NCBI GenBank assembly: GCA_049999805.1
Contig: JBNGIO010005753.1
Span: 1-44,682, forward strand
Source of the DNA: Folioceros fuciformis
Taxonomy: Eukaryota
Direction: 5' to 3'
DNA: 44,682 nucleotides
In this document: positions 37,443-44,682 of the stretch, in pieces
Layout of the letters: every line of letters begins with the position of its first letter
How positions within the stretch are numbered: the first letter of the stretch is position 1
The notes under the pieces: generated by a model
Database searches by the model: none
What the model was told of the DNA's origin: nothing
What the model saw: only the letters and a program-made list of their open reading frames with translations
Program-made: the position numbers and the translations under genes

Positions 37443-38165
37443 TTCCATCCCTCCAAGCTTAGCCCACGCATACTGATTGGTTCCACAAGTTGTGGATGGA
37501 TTAGACGATTCTTTCTTTCACATTAAATGTTATATTACATTATATTTATTACCACTAATATATTATATATAGATTACTAATATTTTAGTATTATAAACAA
37601 TAATATAATATACTTAGAAGAGGTCCACTGTCTAACAACAACCACACTTGTTCTAAACATAATAAGAACAAGTACTAGATAGTCTATAAAAAGCCATCCT
37701 CACATTTTATGGATCTATATTAAGATGTAATGTACTATTATAAAGATTCTTGATGAGTTAACGAGTGATTTTAATACATTTGATTAGTACGCAAGTTCAA
37801 GTTCAAGAGTGACAAGTTTTTGTATCTTCCTAACAATTTCATATCCTTCATAGTTTTAGAGTAACATGTATTACATGCACTACATGTTGGTAACAATGGT
37901 TAAATGATGTAACATAGTCAAGTCCCCTTGTTGTATAAACATATGTTCTTTACGTTGAGTTATGCCTATTGCTCTATAGATTGTATAAGTCATTACTTTT
38001 GTAACAAGAAGACTAGATGGGTCTATACAGGTAAAATTTTGACTAGAATTAAGCTACAATGGATTCAACCACCAAAGATTCCATTAGTGAACATCTCATC
38101 CTCAGTCCTTCAGGGTGGCTAAGGGTTGTGCTATATTGAAAGTTCAAAGGTACTCTTCTGCTATG

Positions 38166-38208
38166 CAGCCTAGACACCCTTTTCATACAGCCTAGACACC
38201 CCTTTCAT
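38166..38208. repeat. Tandem duplication of ~22 bp (CAGCCTAGACACCCYTTTCAT)
   Basis: Two adjacent near-identical copies. Confidence 0.8.
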
Positions 38209-39329
38209 CTCCTATGCCATTGGACCCACAACATTTGTCTAAGCTTTTTCAACACAAGTGACAAATCATTGGACACTACAGCTCAGTGGATGATCAAAAC
38301 TATGCATACTTTTTTTCAAACACTTCATAATGAACCATGTGGGAACTTGTTTCCCTAGTGAGACCTAGTGTTTCAATATGTGCTATACACCAGAAAGTTG
38401 GACATGAGATTTCAAAAGTGTCTTTCTATGTCGCTTCAAATATTATTGTGTTATTGATGAACATAAGGATGGAGAAAAAAAGCGTGTGGAAACTGCTAGC
38501 AAGAGGTGTTATAGGTACCCTACAAGCAACTGGTTGTGCATAATATAGTGGGCCTTGACTTGCATGTAGCTAGTAATAGGGTTGTAGCATGAGTTCTCTA
38601 TGTGCACTAGCACCTTATCCATTCCATTTGAGCCGCTCATAATCCACATAAAATGAACAAATAAACCAATCAAACAAGTCAAGTTTAGTGTTCATATGAT
38701 GATGTACATAGTATGGCCAGCCTACATCATTATAGATTTTTTCTATAAAGAAAGGGTTATAGTGACAAACCAACCTCAAATGTGAGAATTAAAGTAAGTC
38801 ATTCATTTGACCTACATGAAAAAAATCACTAAAATTAGAAAAAGCTATAAGAAGATGTGGTCGAATTAGGCCTGATGTGCGCAACATGTTACTTTAAGAA
38901 GTAAACTTAGAGCCAACCTAAATTAGAAAGTGCCAAGAGTAAAAAAGGAAGAAAACAAAAGAAATTGATTATATATTTATGGCATCAACCAATAAAGAAT
39001 TAGATCTTGAATTCTAATAATACTAATTCTGGTTAAGAATTCTAGTTCTAGATAAGAATTAGATCCTCACTTCTAATAATACAGATTTGAAACCTACATC
39101 AGTAATAGCAATTTCTAAGATAGTAAAACCTTTGACAATATATATAGGGATGAAGTCTAGGTCTTACGAGAACTCATGAAATGTATTGAGAGATCCTTAA
39201 GCTTTACTGCTTTCTCTCAAGCTCTCTTGCTCTTCTTGATTCTACATATGTAAGATTGAGTAGAGAGAAAGAAACAAGCACTTTCGTTTCTTGTAATTTT
39301 GGAGTGTGTACAATATACGAATTCATCAA

Positions 39330-41473
39330 ATGGAGGCCATAGGAGATACTCATATGACTGAGACAATAGAAGATGAAGATTATGAACATGGTTCGGCATC
39401 TACAAGATATGCCTATTTGAGGGAAGACACACATTGGCTTGTACATCTGGTGCAGAGTAGAAGCTTATATTTTCCAAGTAAACACAAGTCCCAAGCAAGT
39501 AACGAAAGGCAGAAACAAAGGCCTTGCATATATCATGGAGTAGATGGATTAAAACACAGTGAGAGAGAATTATGTTTGCAAAAATTTTGTGTCACTTGTC
39601 ATCAAGGCCCGCTTTGTACGATAGGAATACAACAAAATCATGTGCTTCATAAGGTTCTTAATCTCCGGAGATGTTCGTATATGGCGGCCTTGAACTTCAA
39701 CGAAAATGCAGATATCCTTATCACTGAAGATATTGATCTTTCTTATATTTGTCCATATCGAATCAATGATATTGAGGTATATTTCTTAGGAACTGAGAAA
39801 CAAGAGAGAAAGCCAAATGGCAAACAACACTTGTGCAAAACATGTGGTAGAACATTGGCAAAGCAAGAGAACCATCACCCATCAGAATGGTTTTGTAGCA
39901 TTAATTGTAAGATCGTAGCAGTAAATAGTGGCCAATATGAAGGATTGACTATTGTTCAAAATGCTAACAACTTTGGTCGAAGATTGGTGCCAACTGATAT
40001 GACCAAATCGAGGCAAGGATTAGCGGAAGGATCAGCAAAAGGGTCAACAAAAGCATCAGCAGAAGAGTCAATAGAAGGATTAGCAACAGGGTCAACAACA
40101 GCATCAGCAGAAGAGTCAATAGAAGGATTAGCAAAAGGGTTAGTAGAGGGATCAGCAAAAGGGTCATCTAAGCGTTCGTTGAAGAGAGCAAGAGAATCAA
40201 CATTAAACAACATATCGGAGCACAAGTCAAAAAGACAAGCAATTCCTACACCTTCAAACCCAATTGCAACACCACTAACACGACCTCACTCAGGGTTTCC
40301 AATGCTCAGGTTTTTGTTTTTTTGGTTGGTTTTGTTTCTCACTTTTTGTTTAACATTAGTTTCAATACTATGTAGCATGTGTAACCTTTCAGGTTAAAAG
40401 TGCCTCGCAAATCTTGTAAACCTTCCGAAAGTGTAGATCCTATACAATCTAACGTAAATGTACCTCCTACATCTGCCAATGTGAGTTCAAGTCCTAAAGA
40501 GGATAGACCATTAGAAGTTCCACAAGTTCATAAACCAACAAACAGGTACTAGTTTTTTTGTTTTTTTTTTTTCACATCTTTTTTATTCTTCTTGCAAAAG
40601 AGACATGAATCCTTCCATATGATTTTAGTAGGTCGAAAGCATCTCTTGCCAAACCACCGAGACCACCTCCTACTAGGTTCAGTCCGCGTCAATCACATGA
40701 AAATATAGCTTGTACACCTTCCAAGGTAAATTTATCTTCAATGATTCCACAGTTATCTCCTATTGTTTCTAATGTGGCTCCCATAGAAGACAAACCGTTG
40801 GAAGTTGTACAATCTAAGAGACTGAGAGTTAGGTACTAGTTCTTTATCATTATTGCTATTATTATTATGATTATTTCATTTCATTTTTGTGAGAGACATA
40901 AATGATCCTTATAATTTGAACATGTGTACCTATTAGGTCGACTACACCTACTGTGTTTGCTATACAGCCTACCAATCCAGTGAGACCACCTTCAACCAGA
41001 GCACTTTCGACTAGAAAGAGACTACCTCCTATTAGACTTAGACCATCATCTCCTACCACAGAGAGACCACCTCTTGCCAAACTCAAACAACCTTCTGCCA
41101 AACTGAGACCACCTCCTACCATATCGAGTTCACCTCCTGCCATATCAAGTCCACCTATTGAAAAAGACATATCTGATGTTCCAAGACAAAGGTATCAATT
41201 CCAATGTTTGTTTCTCTTTTCCTTGGGTTTAATTTCTTTCCTCCCTTGTATTCTTCATCATTAATTTCATAGTTTCATTCAAGACAAACTTGACTCCCGG
41301 AGTCAAGGTCTAAATTAGTGTTAGTGCTAAATTTGAACCAAATTTAGCACTAATGCTTGCTCATTTTCATTTGAATGCAATGTAGGTCGAGGAGAAAAGC
41401 AAAGCCTCAACAAGCAGCTGGTGTAGGAATAAACTTTGGTCCACGGTTTCCTTATCTTATTAAATTTTCATAA
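39330..41473 (+). CDS. Divergent PLATZ zinc-binding transcription-factor-like protein, 558 aa predicted; exons 39330-40309, 40393-40545, 40632-40832, 40937-41191, 41386-41473
   Basis: PLATZ pattern WLxxL...CxxH...FCxxC..GPLC...HxxHxVLxLRRxSY...DLSxIxxYxINxxxVxFL...CxxCxRxL...FCSxxCKI. Four GT-AG phase-2 introns give an open frame ending in SRRKAKPQQAA, similar to the RRKGxPxR C-terminal motif of PLATZ proteins. Confidence 0.88.
40017..40172 (+). repeat. Coding 12-bp minisatellite with a 48-bp higher-order duplication (GSTxASAEESIEGLAx x2)
   Basis: Units such as GGATCAGCAAAA, GGGTCAACAAAA, GCATCAGCAGAA, GAGTCAATAGAA. Confidence 0.85.
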
Positions 41474-42077
41474 TCGACCAAATATTTAGAGTCCATGCGA
41501 TATTAATGACATAGATGAGCAAGAGTTTTTCTAAGTTTCATGAATACATTGTCTTCTAACATCCATATGGTTAGTATCATACGAACAACAATCAAACGGA
41601 CATGGCTATTCTAAAGTTTCTTAGGGCTTGTACAGTATTCTTAGGCTAGCACCATAGGTGAAAGACTAGGTTTAATCTCCATCTTTCATGGGTGTAGCTT
41701 TGAATTATATATGTTTCACTCAGTAAGTATAGTTAGGCTCATAAAGACACACAATGTGAGTTGGGCAACAAGACCTTAAAAGAAAAGACAAGAGCAAGCT
41801 GCTGCTCTAGACCTAGATTGGGTAGTGTTTATGTCATCACTAACTAGAGCCAATGGGAACTTATCCTATCGAACGATGGCTACATAGGGGTTTTTGGAGG
41901 AGACAAGTAGAGAGGAAGGAGTGGTATGTGGTGGGGCTTTACGAGTGGTCACAATCTTTTACAGAACCAAGCGATTGGGTCAATGGCGCACCCAAGAATG
42001 ACAAGGCAACAAGAAACAATCTTCGCAGCAAGCTCCAATAAGGTACTGGTTTTGCTTAAAGGAGAATTGAGAGTTGT

Positions 42078-43286
42078 TGTTGCGACCTGACCTCTTTAGA
42101 TGGCTTGGGCCTCTTAGGAGTAATAAGGAGAGTTCGAGGTCTTTCTTCAACTTTCTGTCAGCATATATCTACCTCTGGCTTGTGTGCTCATGGAAAATAC
42201 ACCAGCACAAATCGTTTGGCACCCAGGCTTAAACTGTCCCTTCAACGTCAAAGAGCAACTATAAAACTCTTGTGGTTGACTATGGCTATATGTTGTGCAG
42301 GAGCTGCATGCCTACCTAGCCTGTCCACAAAGCTAAGTACCTGAGCACCAACCTGCCTGCGATTTAGAATCAACAACCTAGCCACAAATTGTCCTTGGCC
42401 TATGACCAAAAGCAAGGCTACAAGAAGGGCTGGGTCTGCCTAAGAGGGGCAGGCCTAGGGCGCGAACACGTAAAATCAAGATGGAAAACTCTCCCAACTT
42501 GACAATGCAACATACCACAAGAACCTCTAGGAGACAAAGACATAGCAGGGACGAAGTATGGCTATCTATTAGAATAAGACAAACATCAACGATTCGAGAA
42601 TCCATGGTTGGATAGCCCACATATATAGGCAAAATCCCCAAGAACTCTGGATGAAGTGCCTCCTCAACGGTAGGCACTTTATAATCCTACTTCTCCTTGG
42701 CTTTTGGTCTACTACCAAATAATAACCAACTAAATAGCCTACTTTGTCCTTTTCTTATTTTCTTATTTTTATATTTGTTTTGGAATATCTCGGCAATGGT
42801 TCATATGTGTCATGGTGCCGCTCCTCACATGCATCCAACACACATGGCTCACATCCACCATGACACATACATCCTCTCTCTAGACATGTCATATGCATCC
42901 ACATGTCATCCTTCATCTTCACATGCACACATGCATACATGGCACACACCTTGACATACATGTTATGTGTAGGCCATCCATGGGCCATGCACATGGCATC
43001 ATCAAGCACTTCAACATGAAGCTTATGCCCAGGATGCTCTAGTCAGTATTCAGTCATAGAGTCTCATGTGGTCTTTTCTTCATACACCAACTACATGACA
43101 ACTGTCGCACAGCAGTCGCATAGTTGCATGCCTACCTAGCCTGTCCACAAAGCCTACCTGTGATATCCTTGGCCTATGGCCCAGGATCAACAACCTAGCC
43201 ACAAATTGTCCTTGGCCTATGACCAAGAGCAAGGCTACAAGAAGGGTTGGGTCTGCCTAAGAAGGGCAAGCCTAGGGCCGTGAACA
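42078..43286 (-). repeat. Putative 3' LTR of element E with an internal duplication of its terminus
   Basis: 42305-42333 equals 43125-43153, and 42369-42468 is near-identical to 43186-43286; CACATG-rich tract 42800-43020. The left boundary is tentative. Confidence 0.55.
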
Positions 43287-43371
43287 GCCCCCTTGGGAAT
43301 CTTGGGGGCCTAGCCACTAGGTTTCCCACAAAACTATCTAGACCACCTTGCCTAGAAAACACAATAGCTGC

Positions 43372-44682
43372 TTACCAACGCCCCCACCATCGCAAACGTA
43401 ACTTGTCCAACACTAATGCTGGCTCTGCCTGAGGACGAGTTACGGAATCATCTTCGAGATCCTCATCATCTAGTTGGTCTTCACGTGGCTCCTACTTCAT
43501 CTCAATCTTGCTCGGCAACTTGAATCCAGAGAGATGGTCAACTTGTTCTTCCACAAAGCGCTTGTATGCATCTAGCTGATTGAAAACAGGGTGTATGCCA
43601 TCCTGCCCGGCATCCAGGTCCCTATTGTAAGCTTCCTGAGTTGGGTAATTGAAAAACGGTAACTTACAATAACTGTAAATATGCGGGCTTGCGAGCTTCC
43701 TGAGGCAGTTGAACTCGTCCTTCTCCTCTTGAGTCCAAGCATGCTGGTCAACATAAGGCGTCCTCAGCTTGTTGGTCAGAATGTAAAATTGCCAAGGCCA
43801 TCCTACCACATGATGCCCTAGGGGTTTGCAAATGGTGGAACACTCTAAACCATTCTTTGAGAAAGACCAAGCGATGAGGGTACATGTCTCCCCAATCAAT
43901 GAACTCTGCTAGCAACCTCATCCTGTCAAACCACTGATGCATCTGAAAGTGGTGCTGCAACTTGCTCCAAGCACCTTCTGTATAGCTTTTCCATGCACAA
44001 GGCAACCGCTTATAACCCTGGCGCTGGAGTTCAGTGGGATAATACTCCACCCTACAGCTTTCATGATGCTCCTCGACATACAGCAAGAAGGTGTGAAGTT
44101 CATCGTAACTTGCAGGTGGAATACCTCGTTCAAGGTCATACATGCGCGAATAAAAGAGACTCCACTTACCCACGCTCTAATCATCCACAAATTGGGGTCC
44201 CATCTTGCCCTGAGAAACGTGCTTGAATTGTAAACACTCATAGCACACTCTGGAGGGCACAGCCTCCAGCACCTCCACGCCGCTTGCTCGAGGCCTCCTC
44301 CATGGTTGTTGTGTAGGATGGAATATGCTATTCCTAGTTGCGACCCTGGAATTCACAACACCTGCCAAATGCCTACAAACGTGATATACCTGAGTAGGCT
44401 CAGAGGTACGTTCCGGTTGTCCTAGTAGGTAGGCGTTGTGCTCCGCTGCTCTACTATGAGGAGGTGACTTGAGTGTCCTCCTAGTGTTGTCAGCACTAGT
44501 TGATCGCTCCCTGGGTCGAGGCCGACTTGCCCTAAGCTCCTGCTGGGCTTCCATGGTCTCTAATGGAGGATGCTTGCATAGACGTCCCCTCTTGCGCTTG
44601 GATGACGGTAGCGCTTCCCCTTCTTATGCTTTACCTTCAGCAATTGTGGGTAGGGCAGGGCTTTTACACCTTCTTCCTCGCA
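43372..44682 (-). pseudogene. Decayed accessory ORF of element E, unknown product, with an AT-hook-like motif
   Basis: ORFs 44177-44554 and 43748-44173 are in the same frame across one TAG, then shift near 43820 into 43492-43899 and continue into an acidic tail; KRKRGRLCKHP at 44599-44567. Confidence 0.6.

Larger units (their letters stand above)
42078..44682 (-). mobile_element. 3' end of LTR retrotransposon E (gypsy-like termini; superfamily unproven): extra ORF, PPT and 3' LTR
   Basis: Minus-strand CCCAAGGGGGC PPT directly before TGTTCACGGCC at 43286; candidate other LTR end TGTTGCGACC at 42078; minus-strand CCTATATAT near 42621-42629; no pol in the window. Confidence 0.6.

Noticed and set aside
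41289-41313. Helitron 3' end (hairpin plus CTAA)
   Set aside because: The CTRR is only 2 nt from the hairpin, not about 10-12 nt, and no matching 5' TC end or Rep-helicase was identified.

Overview
This is eukaryotic plant genomic DNA, probably from a non-seed land plant or close relative. The lineage is inferred only from gene content and short introns and cannot be fixed from the sequence. Bases 1-15000 are a nest of LTR retrotransposons. A decayed minus-strand Ty1/copia element (A) is interrupted three times: by an LTR-like terminus (D, 1-408), by a 5'-truncated copia (B, 3447-7075, fused back to A through a templated fold-back repair scar), and by a full-length copia (C, 7952-14575; 150-bp LTRs differing at 2 sites, TGAAG TSD, tRNA-iMet PBS). 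C carries two extra genes: a coiled-coil-like ORF between the PBS and gag, with a likely counterpart in A, and an antisense, apparently intron-containing gene with a coiled coil and CxxC..CxxC motif between pol and the 3' LTR. After a 100-N gap lies an intact ~39-exon UTP10/HEATR1 gene (18405-29198) and then a 6.7-kb GC/CpG-rich microsatellite island with no recognisable gene. An AT-rich block follows, opening with a 23-bp tandem array and holding a divergent 5-exon PLATZ gene with a duplicated exon module. The window ends in the 3' end of another LTR element (E) with a decayed extra ORF. All calls come from manual reading; no database searches were run.
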